This document shows, one piece after another, positions 46,838-61,036 of a DNA stretch of 64,000 nucleotides. Made by a program: the position numbers and the translations under genes. The first letter of the stretch is position 1. Each line of letters opens with the position of its first letter. Source of the stretch: the human T2T-CHM13v2.0 reference genome, Homo sapiens; the NCBI RefSeq assembly GCF_009914755.1, contig NC_060939.1. One strand, written 5' to 3'. A model generated the notes under the pieces. The model ran no database searches and was not told the origin of the DNA. It saw only the letters and a program-made list of their open reading frames with translations.

Positions 46838-48045
46838 CAGCCATCCATTTTCTCGATATCCCATTCCCATTGTTATAGGGAGCTGCACCATTTAAAATAT
46901 GTAGGATATCTAAAGTGAAGGGATGGTAATTATTATTTGAATCCAAAATGAATGATTTATAAGACTAGCGGAAAGGATTTCAGCCCCCTACTCTAAAACA
47001 TTGTTCATTGAGCGTTTTTGCCAAGGGTAAGCAGAGTAAATTATCAATAGCAGCAGCAGGTACATAGATCACCTCAGCTTTTCACTCTAACTTTATAATG
47101 TATGTGTCAACAAACTCATTATAGGCACATTTTAAAATAAGCTTTCATGATCAAGATGGTAGTGATAGAGAATATGGGATAAACTGAGTTTTCTATGTTC
47201 TAAACTGTTGGGCAATGATTGAAAAAAAAAGAATGTAAATGTCAGGTTTTTTTATTTAACCCAAATATTTGATGAGGAAAACCTGTTATTTAAACCATGT
47301 AAAGTTTTAATCTGTATATATTAGACAAGTGCTTAAAGTACTATAGTAATGCAAGTGCATTAATAAATTCTAAGTTTTATTCAATTCTGAAAAAATACAT
47401 ACAAGCCATCAGGCAATTTTGTTTATCAAATTTCATTAAGAAAAGATAGTATCTCCACTAATTGTTGATACATGCTGGTAGGCTGGTCTTCCCGCCTCCC
47501 CCCTCAACATGTGTACTGAAATGCTAATAAATGAATCATCAACAGTAATTACAAATATTCTGGGGATGTGATTTCACAGCTCCCATTTTCAGGAAATTGC
47601 ATATTTTTGCTCTGTTTGGGTGAAAGCATGTTTATAGTAACAACTTAGTAATAAAAGCCATCTTTGAAAACTACTCTGGTTTTTTTATGTGACTGCAGGG
47701 ATTTTTCTCACGGCTGACAGCTAAGATTTTAAATAACATTTGTAAAACTTGGACAGATTTTCTGCTCTGCTTGGAAGTGGGTGATTTCACAATCCCCCTT
47801 AGTGACATCATGCTTAACAGAACTGCAATGAAAGCTATTCAGCCCCCTGTGCTCATTCCTCACTGTGGCTGAAAGATGGTTACAGCTGTGGAAATGGAGC
47901 TTGATTTCCCTATACCAGCAGCTTTGATTCTCTGCTTTCAGCACTTTTTCCCCTGTGATTATAAGCGGGAGGATAGTTTTGAATATGAACTACTAGAGTG
48001 CATGTAAAGTTGAATTGTGGAATTATAGTTTTAGAAATTACTTTC

Positions 48046-48356
<311 letters not shown>

Positions 48357-48637
48357 TTACTTTCAATGTCTACTAGCAATGCCCTACCACCACCACTATC
48401 TCCACAAAATATGTAACAGATGAAGTACAGGAAGAATTGTCAGGTATTTCAAAGCATGCATTAAGCACCTACTCTATCCCTACCTTAGTGAAAGGAGATT
48501 TGGCCTCATTGTGACATGTAATCTTCCCAGTCGTCTTTTGAGATGGCTAATGGCAATTAACACCAAAGTCCCAATAATAGCTATTGAGAAAGTATATTAC
48601 AGGGGTTAAGGACTTGGTCTTGAGTCATAAACCCTGT

Positions 48638-48953
48638 CTTTTTTTAAAATTTTTATTTCCACAGGTTATTGGGGAACAGATGGTGTTTGGTTACATGAAC
48701 AAGTTCTTTAGTGGTAATTTGTGAGATTTTGGTGCACCCATCACCTGAGCAGTGTACACTGAACCCAATTTGTAGTCTTTTATCCCTCACCCCCTTCGCA
48801 CTCTTTCCCTGAGTCCCCAAAGTCCATTGTGTCATTCTTATGCCTTTGCATCCTCAGAGCTTAGCTCCCACTCATGAGTGAGAACATACGATGTTTGGTT
48901 TTCCATTCCCGAGTTACTTCACTTAAAGTAAGAGTCTCCAATCTCATCCAGGA
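48638..48953 (-). mobile_element. 5'-truncated L1PB-type 3' end inserted in a MIR
   Basis: TTTGTGAGATTTTGGTGCACCCATCACC and GAGTGAGAACATACGATGTTTGG motifs; TSD AAACCCTGTCTTT on both sides. Confidence 0.88.
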
Positions 48954-49399
48954 GAAACCCTGTCTTTAAACTCAGTTCTGCCACCTTAGTTGTGTGACTC
49001 TACTTTCTTAACCTCTCTGTGTTTGGGTCTCCTTGTCTGTAAAATAGGAGTAATAATAGGCAGTTGTAGGGATTAAACCAGATAACGCAGGCAGCACACT
49101 CTATCAGTTACAAATTATTGTCAGCTGCAAAAACACATAAGGTTTTATTTTTCTCAAGTAAAAAAAAATTCCAGAATTGTGCAAGCTGCTGCTGATGGTT
49201 CAGCAGCTCCAGGAGTTCACATCACAGACTCCAGGCCTTTTCCTCATGGCCCCAAGAATGGCCACACTGTTGTCCAGCTGTCAGGTCCAAATTCCTGGCA
49301 GGAAGTAGGACAAAAGGGCGAGCTTCACAACTCAGTCAGCCCAGCCCTTGAGGGGCCTTCCTAGAAGACCCTCTATCACCTCACTTCCCTCTCTCTCCC

Positions 49400-50450
49400 C
49401 CAAACCCCCACATGGCTTCCGGCTTGTCACTCCACTGACATGGCTCTAAGCTTAGTCATGATTCCATATTGCTAAATTTCACAGACATGTTCCTCCTCTT
49501 CCTTGACCTCCCTTTCTCAGCAGAGCAAGAGCCCCTTCTTGAAATACGCCCTTCTTGTGGCCTCCATGACACTGCACTCTTCTGCCTCTCTTCCTGGCTC
49601 TTTGCCCCCACATCCATCTCCTTTGCATATTCATTCTCCTCAGCGCCAAGACCGGCTTCTTTGCTCCCACGGCTTCCCTTCTTAGACCATCTCAGCACCT
49701 CCACCTTCATTTCCACCTACATGCTGATGATACCAACTTCCCCTCCAGGCCACACCTCTCCTCTGAACTCCAGACCTGGGTATCCCTCCCTGACCCACTC
49801 AAGTCTTCATGGCCTTGTTTCCAAGGCTTCTCACACTCAATATATCCAAGAGTGTTTGTGATCCCCCTGCCCGTAAACATACAAACAACAACTCCACCAG
49901 ACTTCAAAAGCCTGGCCCCGTCCGCTTGTTCCCCCACCAAGGGAATGGCACCATCTGCTGTCCAGTTGAGCAAGCTGAAACCTGGGAATCGTCCCTGACT
50001 GCTTCCCCTCGCTCTCCTCCCATGTCCTACAGGTCTAGGTGACTTTTATTCCTAAAGATCCCCCGAGTCTGTCCACTTGTCTTTGTCCTGCTCCAAGCCA
50101 CCCTAATCTCTCACTGGCTTATGGAAATGGCCTCCTCACCAGCAAGCTTGGGTCTACTCTTGCTCTGGTCTTTTCTCTGCATGGGAGTCCTGGAGGTCTT
50201 TTCAATACACGAATTGATCAGGTCACCATCACCAACACATGTCACCCTCTCTGCCCTCACTTAAAAACTTTCTGTAGCGTCTCATTTCTCCTATAATACA
50301 GGCCAAAATCTTTAATACGACCAACAAAGCGCTGAGTGATGGGCCCTGCCTGATTATGAAGCCTCATCTTGCCCTGCAGGCTCCACACTCTGCCCTAACT
50401 GTAATGGCCATCTTTCAAGCCTTCAAGCCTTTGCCCTTGCCACCTCTGTC
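49400..50450 (+). mobile_element. L2 remnant
   Basis: Pyrimidine-rich with L2 motifs (ATGCTGATGA..., CCTGAACTCCAGACC, AATGGCACCATC, AAACCTGGGAATCGTCCCTGAC). Confidence 0.7.
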
Positions 50451-50552
50451 CATGGTGTGGCAATGGGAACAGGTCCCCTGAAGAGAACAGAGAGGAGAGC
50501 ATTGGTATAGAGAAGACCCAGTTGCTGAGAGGCTGTGGTGCAGGAAAGGTCA

Positions 50553-50927
<375 letters not shown>

Positions 50928-53900
50928 TCACGGTCATCTGACAAAGACTTTGGTGGATGTGCAGAAGAAACCCCAAAGTGTAGATGACAAACACAACCTT
51001 AGAGGAGTGAGATATTCCAATGGCAGGAGCCCTAAGACACTGGGAGTTTTTGGCTCATGAAGAACGATGTGGAAGCAGCCACGAAAAGCTAAGAGAATGT
51101 TAATCCATGCCCTGGCCTGCCCTTCCTCCAGGACCCATGAAACCAGGACCACCACAGAATAAACGGCCTCCACTCGAGAGAGACACAAGGGAAATGGAGA
51201 CTTAAGCTCTCCCACTCTACCTCTGGCCCCATTTCCCTTCTCCGAGCCCTCCCTCTGTCCCCTTTCCACAGTCTCTTTCTTTCCCCCAGCTGCTTAGTGG
51301 CCTCCCCTGTAAAATAAGGATGGTAACATTGATCTTTAAAAAAGCCTCATATAGACTCTGGAATATGTATCCTAGAAGGATTCTCATACAGGTTCATAAG
51401 GGGACATGCGCGCTCATGGTAGTGTAGTCTGTGCTAGCAGGGAGGTGGAGCACTGGAGGAACAGACTTGAGTCATGTAGAGAATGCACACTATGGAATAT
51501 GATGTAGCCTTCAAAAAAGCAGATTGGATGTACACAGGGCAACACGGATAAGGTATAAAAACAGTTCTCCTAGCACCCAGGCTGCGGCCTCGGAGTACAA
51601 CTTCCCACTCATCAAAAACCAGGCCTCCTTGGAGAAATGACTGACTCTAGGTCTGAGGCAAGAAATGTGTAAGATGAGCCAGGAACATCTTATACCAGCC
51701 TGTAAGAAAGCTGTCAAAGACTAAAAAGGTGGTGTTAATAACAACTTTAGAAAAAACAACATGCAATGGCTCTCATCTGCCAAAGATAGGACAATTTAAG
51801 CATTGATTGAATAATAACTGCAAATAATATCATCAAAAGTGTTTGAATTCATGGGTTTTATATTAATCTTAAGCCTTATTTCTATATCTTTGAAGGAACT
51901 CATTATTTTGAAAATTGATAAATAAAAGTATCAAGCACTTATCTTGCCTTTTCTATACAAACTACATCTCAGTGTTACTGAAGAATTAGTGAGGGAAAGT
52001 TTCCCTTTATAGAATATGCCAGCTAATAAGTAAACAAGGAGTGATAGAATTAGATTATCAACATTTTGTAACCCCTAAGGAACTCATGGATCTAGGCACT
52101 GACCATCAACGTTGCTGACGTAACAAACAAAAAAAAAAAGAAAAAAAAAACCTCAATATTAGACACCTTTTAATGGAAGTCTAAAAGTTTACATACTAAG
52201 TATTTCCTGTCCCCCAAAAATTAGACCTGCATCCGACCAAGCATCTATATAAATACCAATTTGCAGGACATAGAGAGGACAGAGAAACATGTTAAACAGC
52301 AGCACAGAGATACAGTCAGAAAAATTCAGACTATAGAAAACTCCCTGAATATATTACCTGATCTTCAACAAATAAATTGCAAGATAAAAAAAGATCACAA
52401 ACACAATGTATAAATCTTATTTGAATCTTGATTCAAGTAACTAAATAATGATGAGACAATTGGGAAACGCTGATCAGCTGAATAGGTGATGATATTAAAT
52501 GATCATTGCTAATATTAATATTTATGTATGATAATATGATACAGTGATTACATATTTTTAAAGTACTTATATTTTAGAGGTACATACCAAAATACTTACT
52601 GATGAAATAGTGATTCTGCCACTTACTTCAGAGCAATGCGTGAGGAGTAGGAAAAAAATGGGTATAGACAAAATATAATTGGCCACAAGTTTGTACTTGA
52701 CTTTGAGTGATAAGTACATTAAAGTTAAGATACCATTTGATTTTTGAAAATGTTTGAAATTTTTGCATGATAAAAAGTTTTTTAAACAGTAGTGAGTGAA
52801 AAAAGAATGAAAACAGGATGAAAGCTACCATACCATTCATGTAAATTTAAAATACAAACACATAAAACAACACAAATAGAAGAACATACATCAAACATAT
52901 CAGAACGGTTGCTGTTAGTAAGACTGGGGAATGGACATGGAGAATAAGCTAAAAGGGTAAAAAAATAAGTGAAGCAAGAGAGGGACATTGCACTGATCAA
53001 CAATGAAGTATCACTAATCAACCAACCCTCACAATCTGAGGCCAAAAAAATTTGTCACACAGTTGTGAGGATTAAATGAAATATGTGGGTACTGTTCCTG
53101 GCATAGTGCACGGTACATCATAAGACCTTAATAAATGTTTATTTCCCTCCATTCCCTCCACTTTCCACCATCTCCCTACCCTGCAAAGGAATAATGTTAT
53201 CTCCTAAGTTAATTTACTTTAAGGTACTAAGCCCTGATAACAACTTTACCCTCTGTTTCATTGGCTGAGGCTTACAAGAGAGGGCAATGCTTAAAAAAAT
53301 GAATCTCTAATAAGTGAAATTCTTGCATTCCAAGCCCTAAGAAGGCCAACCGTGTCCATTGCAAAGGTGATTTTAGGAAGTTTCAGAACTGACCACCTGC
53401 CTACAACTCTTCAGGGTGACAGTTTGGACTCATTTCTATCTTCCTTCTTCTCAATCAAATGTATCTACACTAGAAAGTACACCAACTGCTAGCTCATCCC
53501 AGGGATCAGAGAACTCCGGGTTGTAGCTTGATCTTAGATGACCATCTAAGTGAAATATTTATGTGCTGAGTTTTGCTCTTCCACTTAACTGGAAAGATTT
53601 CCATTTCATGCGCCACCACCCCACATGCCAACCTCTACCATTTCCTCCTCTCTGACTCTTTAGCCATAACTGCCATATTCTTTCCAAACAATATATGAAC
53701 TTTTCATTCAAAAATCATGTTCCAGGTGACTGGCTCACTGGAAATCATTCAGAGGTTGCCAATGACTCACCCAATAAATCTGAGGCCCAGAAATTGACTT
53801 GGAATCAGTGGCGCCTGACAGCTGCTCAGAGGCTGCTGGGGAAAAGAAGCAGGATCTACATTGGTTTATAATAGCTAGATGCTCCTGGCTCATCGTATAA

Positions 53901-54104
53901 AGTTGGTGGAGTGAAAAGCAATCAATCCCTGGCTGCAGTTTGACCCCAGCAGATCAAAGTTAAATTTAGCTGTAAGCAGAGGGAAGGACATTTCACCATG
54001 GGAATAGAACCCAGCCAATCATTGTGCATGTTTTAATCTAGCACATTCTACATGTCCATCACTGTGCTAAAAGACACTGAGAAAGATTCACTCTAAGACC
54101 CCTG

Positions 54105-56288
54105 TGATATAATTTGAATGTTTGTCCCCTTCCAGTCTCATGTTGAAATGTGATCCCCAATGTTGGAGGTGAAGTCTTACAGGAGGTATTTGCGTCATGG
54201 GGGTGGATCACTCATGAATGGCTTGGTGACTTCCCCATGGTAATGAGTTCATGCAAGAGCTGGTTGTCTAAAGAGCCTGGTATCTCTCTTGCTTCCCCTC
54301 TCATTATGTAACATCCCTGCTCTCCCTTATTGGTACCAAAAAGTGGGGCATTGCTATAAAGATATCTGAAAATGTGGAAGCAACCTTGGAACTGCTTGGG
54401 TAGAAGTTAGATGAGTTTAGAGGTCTCAGAAGAAGATAGGAAAATGAGGGAAGGTTCAGAACTTCTTAGAGACTGGTTAAGTAGTTGTGACCAAAATGCT
54501 GATAGAAATATAGACAGTGAAGGCCAGGCTGATGAAGTCTCAGAGGGAAATGAGGAATTTATTGGGAACTGGATTAAAGGTCACCCTTGTTACACCCTAG
54601 CAAAGAGCTTGGCTGTATTGTGTCCATGTCCTGGGGATTTGTGGAAAGTTGAACTTAAGAGTGATGACTTAGGGTATCTGGTGGAAATAATTCCTAAGCA
54701 GCAAAGCATTCAAGATATAGCATGGCTGCTTCTAAAAGCCAACGACCAAATACAGGAGCAAAGAAATTACTTAAACTTAGAATTTACCATTAAAAGGGAA
54801 GCAGAATATAAAAGTTTGAAAAATTCACAACCTGGCCATGTGATAAGAGAAGGAAAGAACACTTTCAGGGGAGAAATTCAAAAGGGATGTGGAGCAACCA
54901 CTTACCAAAGAGATTAGCATGACTAAAAGGGAACCAGGTGCTAATAGCCAAGAAAATGAGGAAAAGGCCTTGAAGGTATTTCAGAAATCTTTGGGATAGT
55001 CCCTCTCATCACAAGCCCAGAGGCCCAGGACAATGGAATGGTTTGAGGAGCCAGGCTGGAGCCTGCTGCCCTGCTAAACTTTAGGACACTGCTCCACATA
55101 TTCTAACTGCTCCAGCTCCAACCAGAGTTCTAACGGCATCAGTTAAAACTTGGGCTGCCACTTTAGAGGGTACAAGCCATAAGCCTTGGCAGCTTCTATG
55201 GGTGTTAAGCCTGTAGGTGCACAAAATGCAAGAGTGAAGGAGGCTTGGCAGCTTCCCCTAGATTTCAGAAGATGTATGGGAAAGTCTGGATAACCAGGCA
55301 GAAGCCTGCCTCAGGGGTGGAGCCCCCACAGGGTGACTTCACTAGGGCAGTCCCAAGAGAAAATATGAGGTTGGAGCTTCCACACAGAGTCCCTACCAGG
55401 GCACTGCCTAGTGGAGCTGTGGGAACGGAAGTGCCACCCTCCAGACCCCAGAATGGTAGAGCCACAGGCAGCTTACAACCTCAGATGACAAATCCACAGG
55501 GACAGAGCTGTTCAAGGCCTTGGGAGCCCACCCCTCATACTAGGATGCAAAACATTGAGTCAAGGATTATTTTGGAGCTTTAAGGTTTAATGCCTGCCCT
55601 GCTGGATTTCAGACTTGTGTGAATCCTGTTACCCCTTTCTTTTGGCCAATTTCTCCCTTTTGGAAGGGGAATGTTTACCCAATGCCTGTACCACCATTGT
55701 GTCTTCAAAGTAAATAACTTGTTTTTGGTCTTACAGGCTCATAGGTGGAAGGAACTTGCCTTGAATCTCTGATGAGAATTTGGACTTTGGACTTGATTGA
55801 GTTGATGCAGGAATGAGTTAGGACGTGGAGACTCTTGGGAAGGGATGATTGTATTTTGCAATGTGAGAAGGACACGAGATTTGGGAGCCAGGGGTAGAAT
55901 GATATGGTTTGGATGTTTATCCCCACCTAATTTCATGTTGAAATGTGATCCCCAGTGTTGGAGGTGGAGCCTGGTAGGAGGTGTTTGAGTCATGGGGGTG
56001 GATCCCTCATGAATGGCTTGGTGCCCTCTTTGCAGTAATGAGTTCATACACGAGTTGGTTGTTTAAAGACCCTGGCTTCTCTCTTGCGTCCTCTCTCACT
56101 GTGTGACATGCTGCTCCCCCTTCACCCTCCACCATGATTGTAAGCTTCCTGAGGCCCCACCAGAAGCAGAAACTGGAACCGCACTTATTGTGTATTCTGC
56201 AGAACCATGAACCAAAGAAACCTCTTTTTCTTTATAAATTACCAAACCTCGGGTATTCCTTTATAGCAACACAAAACAAACTAACACA
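54105..56288 (+). mobile_element. Near full-length MST-family MaLR element: partial 5' LTR (54105-~54328), internal region, 3' LTR (55900-56288)
   Basis: Two homologous LTRs (TCATGTTGAAATGTGATCCCCA.TGTTGGAGGTG); internal start ATTGGTACC...GTGGGGCATTGCTATAAAGATA; purine tract GGGGTAGAA before the 3' LTR; ORF 54411-54917 matches the MaLR internal ORF remnant (SEEDRKMRE..ELLRDWL, NWIKGHPCY.LAK). Confidence 0.92.
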
Positions 56289-57673
56289 ATCTACTTTCAA
56301 AATGTGAATAATCTTATGAAGGATACAGAAAATTATACAGGACAACATAAAACACTACCACTAAGTAATAACATAACTACATGGCATCCATCTCTGTCTG
56401 GGATAACTTTTCCCACCTTATGGGTAGGTCTGAATTCTACACACGCCCAAATGCCACTACCTTCACAAATTCCTAGTGACTTATCTTGCCACTTATTTTT
56501 TTGTCTGACCCCTCCAAAGTAGCAACCTGGGGCCTCCAGGACTCACTGAGGCCTCCTGCCCAATGGAACTTGGTGATAGGAGCCAGCCCTGCCCTCAGTC
56601 TATCCTTCATGTTAGAGAAGAAGATGAGAAAGGAGTCAAGGTGGCTAAGGGTCTCCATATTGGCGTGGGAGAGTGACATTCTCTCTGTAACTCCTTCCTT
56701 CTTCAAAATAACCCAGAGTTATTTTGAGCAGATACCATGTGCACATTATCCAAATGACTTTAGGACCAGTGACAGGAGTGAATAACTGACAAAATCATCC
56801 AGGAACACAGGCAAGAAGCTTTTCCTTATGTTGTCAGACTCAGACTACTTTCTGAGTCATTAATCCTCCCTCTGGCAGGTTAGGATTAGATTCTGCTGCG
56901 ACTGGACTGCTCAGCCACATTTGTATTGTTCAGAACAATGTCAGAATCACGCAGCTCAGAGGTCTAATATCTGTCACAAACCATTCCAGGATTCATTCTT
57001 CTCTCCCCTTATTCCAAGCCTTCTGAGCAAGCAAATGAAGGCTTTCAGCCGTAAGTGATTGAGTTACCTAAGCAAACTGACCAGAAAAGGTTGGAAGCAA
57101 ACAAAATAAAAGCAAAAAATTTGAATTTAGCAAAAGGAATTGTACAGTAGGGAATGGCTTATCAATCTGAGAAAGCCAAGGGCAGATGTTAAGAAAATTA
57201 AGCATTTTTCATGCATCAGGGGCTCCATGTTAGCTAAACGCCTTGGAGTACTGGATGGAGCACTGTCTTTAGAGAAAGAGAATCCTGACACAATCCAGGA
57301 TCAGCTCTCAAGGATGCATGACACAGACCATGAACCTGGCCATCCCCACACTCAGCCATCTTCTCTTTGAACACCATGATGAAGCACAACCCAAGGACAA
57401 TGATTTTATTTTCTGAAGGCCATTACTTAGGATAACCATTATGCAAACAACCAAAATTGCCTCTCTTAAGTAAAATGGAAATCCATTAGAAAAACACAGG
57501 ATGGCTGCCAGTATGCAATGTAGGCCTGAACCATCAGCCCAAGAAAAGTCAGGGACCAGATCCTTAGGGGTCTGGGGAGCTGGGGCTGATTGGCAGTTCA
57601 CTGGGGCCTCACTGCTGATATAAATATGGAACCCAAACATTTCCCCCTCCCACTCAGGACTCAAGGTCCATGA

Positions 57674-57806
57674 GCCGAGCTCAGCGGCTCATGCCTGTAA
57701 TCCCAGCACTTTGGGAGGCCAAGGCAGACAGATTGCTTGTGCTCAGGGGTTGGAGACCAGCCTGGCAACATGGTGAAATCCCATCTCTACAAAAAAAAAA
57801 AAAAAA
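57674..57806 (+). mobile_element. Alu left monomer (FLAM-like)
   Basis: Left arm only, then poly-A; TSD AGGACTCAAGGTCC. Confidence 0.85.
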
Positions 57807-58534
57807 GGACTCAAGGTCCTCAAAGTGAATCTAACTGTCCAGCCTAGGTGGGTAGGACATTTTGATTGAAAGCCCCAAAAGCCAGCACGCATTGGGGAAA
57901 AGATATTTCCTTTGGGAAACATTACCACAAAAAGGCGAAAGGAAGCTGGTTGGGCAAACAATACTCACTCACTCACTTTGCCACCTCTTACCAAGTTCCA
58001 TGCAAGACAGAATAAATAAGGTGCCAGAGCACATTTTCACATAATTTCACATATTAATGTAAAAAAAAGTCCTCCTAAATGGCTGTGTTTCTGAGATAAA
58101 TTCACTTAACTTCCTTGAGAATCACTTACCTCAACTACAAATGAGAAAGTCGGGCCTGATAAGAATTTTTCAAACTAAAAGGGCCTCAGGCAAAAATAAA
58201 CTCTCTTGGTATAAATATAGATTATAAACCCAACATAAGTGACCAAAGGGCTTAATTGCAAAGGATTCTGAGGGTCAATGTCAAGGTCTGAGTGGTGGAT
58301 GAGGACACAAGGATGGTCACAGAAGCAGGCTTAAGGTCATGCTCTGTCCATCAATATCGTTCTTGTGTAAAGACAATGAATCAGAAAAATGCCATCAGCC
58401 AGATTCTGGTGAAAATTCAGGAAGCTGGACGATGCTGGCAACATGAAGGCACTTATCTAAAAGAAGTAGTAAGAAAGATGGCAGCAAAGACAGACAACTT
58501 CAAGACAGAACTGTTTTTTGAAATAAAGAATGCA

Positions 58535-59026
58535 TGGGAGATATACCTAATGCTAGATGACGAGTTAGTGGGTGCAGCGCACCAGCATGGCACATGTATA
58601 CATATGTAACTAACCTGCACAATGTGCACATGTACCCTAAAACAAAGTATAATAAAAAAAAAAAAAAAAACTTGCACCCAAAGTCCCAGCATCTTATTCT
58701 CTTGCCCTAGGGAAAAGTATTGGGTGGCTGTCAACTGTAAGGATTATGCACCATGATCAAGTAGAATTCATCCCTGAAATGCAACTATAATTCAACATAT
58801 TCAAATCAATAATGTGATACATCACACAAACAGAACGAAGGATTAAAAGCATACAATCAGCTCAATAGCTGTAAAAAAGCATTTGACAAAATTCAATATC
58901 CTATCATGGTTAAAAAAAAAAAAAATGCAACAAACTGGGTATGGAAGGACGTACCACAACATAATAAAGGTCATCTATGAAAGCCCACAGCTAACATACT
59001 CAAAAGTGAAAAGCTGAAAGCTTTTC

Positions 59027-59058
<32 letters not shown>

Positions 59059-59062
59059 GAAA
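58535..59062 (+). mobile_element. Young L1 (L1PA2-like) 3' end with a 3'-transduced segment
   Basis: 58535-58653 is nearly identical to the young-L1 3' UTR end (GAG at 58562-58564); then A17; foreign ~360 bp; A28; perfect TSD GAAATAAAGAATGCA at 58520-58534 and 59063-59077. Confidence 0.93.
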
Positions 59063-59366
59063 GAAATAAAGAATGCAGTGCATAATCCTCTCTTCAAACT
59101 GATCATGAGATTTGCCCATTTCTAGTCTGAATATTAGGGCTGTCTCCTAAATCACAGTGTGGCTGACTCTGCTGGCAACAGCAAGGGGGTGGAGGTACTT
59201 TAGTCACACATTCCCCTAGTCTCCATCAACTACCCACCTTTTTTGGACATGGGGAAACTGAGACTTTCTCAGTCTTACTAAGGCCAGCACGAATACAGCA
59301 TCAGAACAAAATCCTTCCAAGCTGATTGCTGCCCCAAAACCCCCTACCCTAGAAAAAAAAAAAAAA

Positions 59367-59663
59367 TTTTTTTTTCTTTTTTTGAGACGGAGTCTCACTC
59401 TGTCACCCAGGCTGGAGTGCAGTGGTGCCATCTCAACTCACTGCAACCTCCGCCTCCCGGGTTCAAGCAGTTTTCTGCCTCAGCCTCCAGAGTAGCTGGG
59501 ATTGCAGGCGCCTGCCACCATGCCCGGCTAATTTTTTGTACTTTTAGTAGAGACGGGGTTTCACCATCTTGGCCAGGCTGGCTTTGAACTACTGACCGCA
59601 TGATCCACCTGCCTCAGCCTCCCAAAGTGCTGGGATTACAGGCATGAGCCACCAAGCCTGGCT
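59367..59663 (-). mobile_element. Alu (AluS-type)
   Basis: Reverse dimer with poly-T. Confidence 0.94.
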
Positions 59664-60722
59664 GAAAAAATTGTTTAAGTTACCATTGGATGCCCCCCTA
59701 AGAAGGTCTAAGCAACTTGGACACTTCTGGCCTCACTGCTCTGCAATTTACAACCCAATGTCCGATGCTACTGAAATCCAGACACACAACACTGAAATGC
59801 ATCCAGTGGTTACTGTAGAGTTTAGTTGACCAGATGCTCAATCTAATTCTCCTATGTGCCAGTGGCCACTGGTCAGCAGCCCATACCAGCAAGGCTCGGC
59901 TCTCAGGACCTCTGATTTTATAGCATTGATGGAACAGACTCATGCAAGCCTTTGTCTTTTAGGACATGCTCCCTCTCATCATGCAGCTGGCCAGAGAGAG
60001 GCTGAGGGTGGGAGAGGGAGTCCTTTACTGAACGTTTGACCTAAATGGTATAATAATAGTTATCTTTTATCTCCGCTTCACAGTTTATCAATAAAGCATG
60101 GTGCAACTTTGTCACCACTGGGAAAACATGGAAGCAGAGAAAGGAAAATCTCCATGGAGATATTTCTGTCCTTGGCACATCCCCTGAAAGGCAAACACCA
60201 GCTGTCAAACTGGGCTGTCTTCAAGAGACTCCAGCCCCTCAGTGCCCATCCATGGTAACTCTAAGATTTAAGAAGGAGGGAGAGGGTGTGGTTGTGGGGT
60301 TAGTGGTTAATGCGCCTTTGGACCAGTGGAGCACGTGGGCTGGTGTTTCTCCTCCTCTCTGGAGTGGCCCATTACAAAGCAATCCTTGCTGTTTGTTTGC
60401 CATTGCTTTGGACTCAAAAGCTGCATCCCCACAATCCCCTCAGCCCTCTCCCAGTCCAGCCATGACCGCAGCCTTCTCCTGATCAGCCTTCACCACCAGA
60501 GGGCTCAATGTAGCAACAGGAAGGGAAGCCAGCCACAGGGTCCACAGGGGGAGGAAAACACAATCAAGAAAGGAAGAGGTTGTGTCATGGGCCATGTGTG
60601 CCTATGTGACCAACAACACCTCTACTGTCCTTTTGGTAAAAGCCTTCGGCTGCTGTGGGATCTGCAGAGGATAGATAGATAGATGATAGATAGATAGATA
60701 TACATATACATATATGTATGGG

Positions 60723-61036
60723 TTTTTTTGTTATTTTGTTTGTTTTTTTTTTTTTGAGGCGCAGTTTCACTCTTGCTGCCCAGGCTGGAGTGCAATGGCA
60801 CGATCTCACTCACCACAACCTCCGCCTCCTGGGTTCAAGTAATTCTCCTGCCTCAGCCTCCCTAGTAGCTGGAATTGCAGGCATGCACCACCATGACCGG
60901 CTAATTTTTTGTTTTTAGTAGAGACGGGGTTTCTCCATGTTGGTCAGGCTGGTCTCAAACTCCCAACATCAGGTGATCTACCCACCTCAGCCTCCCAAAG
61001 TGCTGGGATTACAGGTGTGAGCTACCGTGCCCAGCC
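60723..61036 (-). mobile_element. Alu (AluSp/Sq-type), preceded by (GATA)n at ~60670-60700
   Basis: Reverse dimer; TSD ACATATATGTATG. Confidence 0.93.

Noticed and set aside
58912-58925. Internal A14 as a third poly-A tail (serial transduction)
   Set aside because: It falls at the native A-run of L1 ORF2 (ATGATAAAAA...CAACAAACT), and old-L1 homology continues colinearly on both sides.
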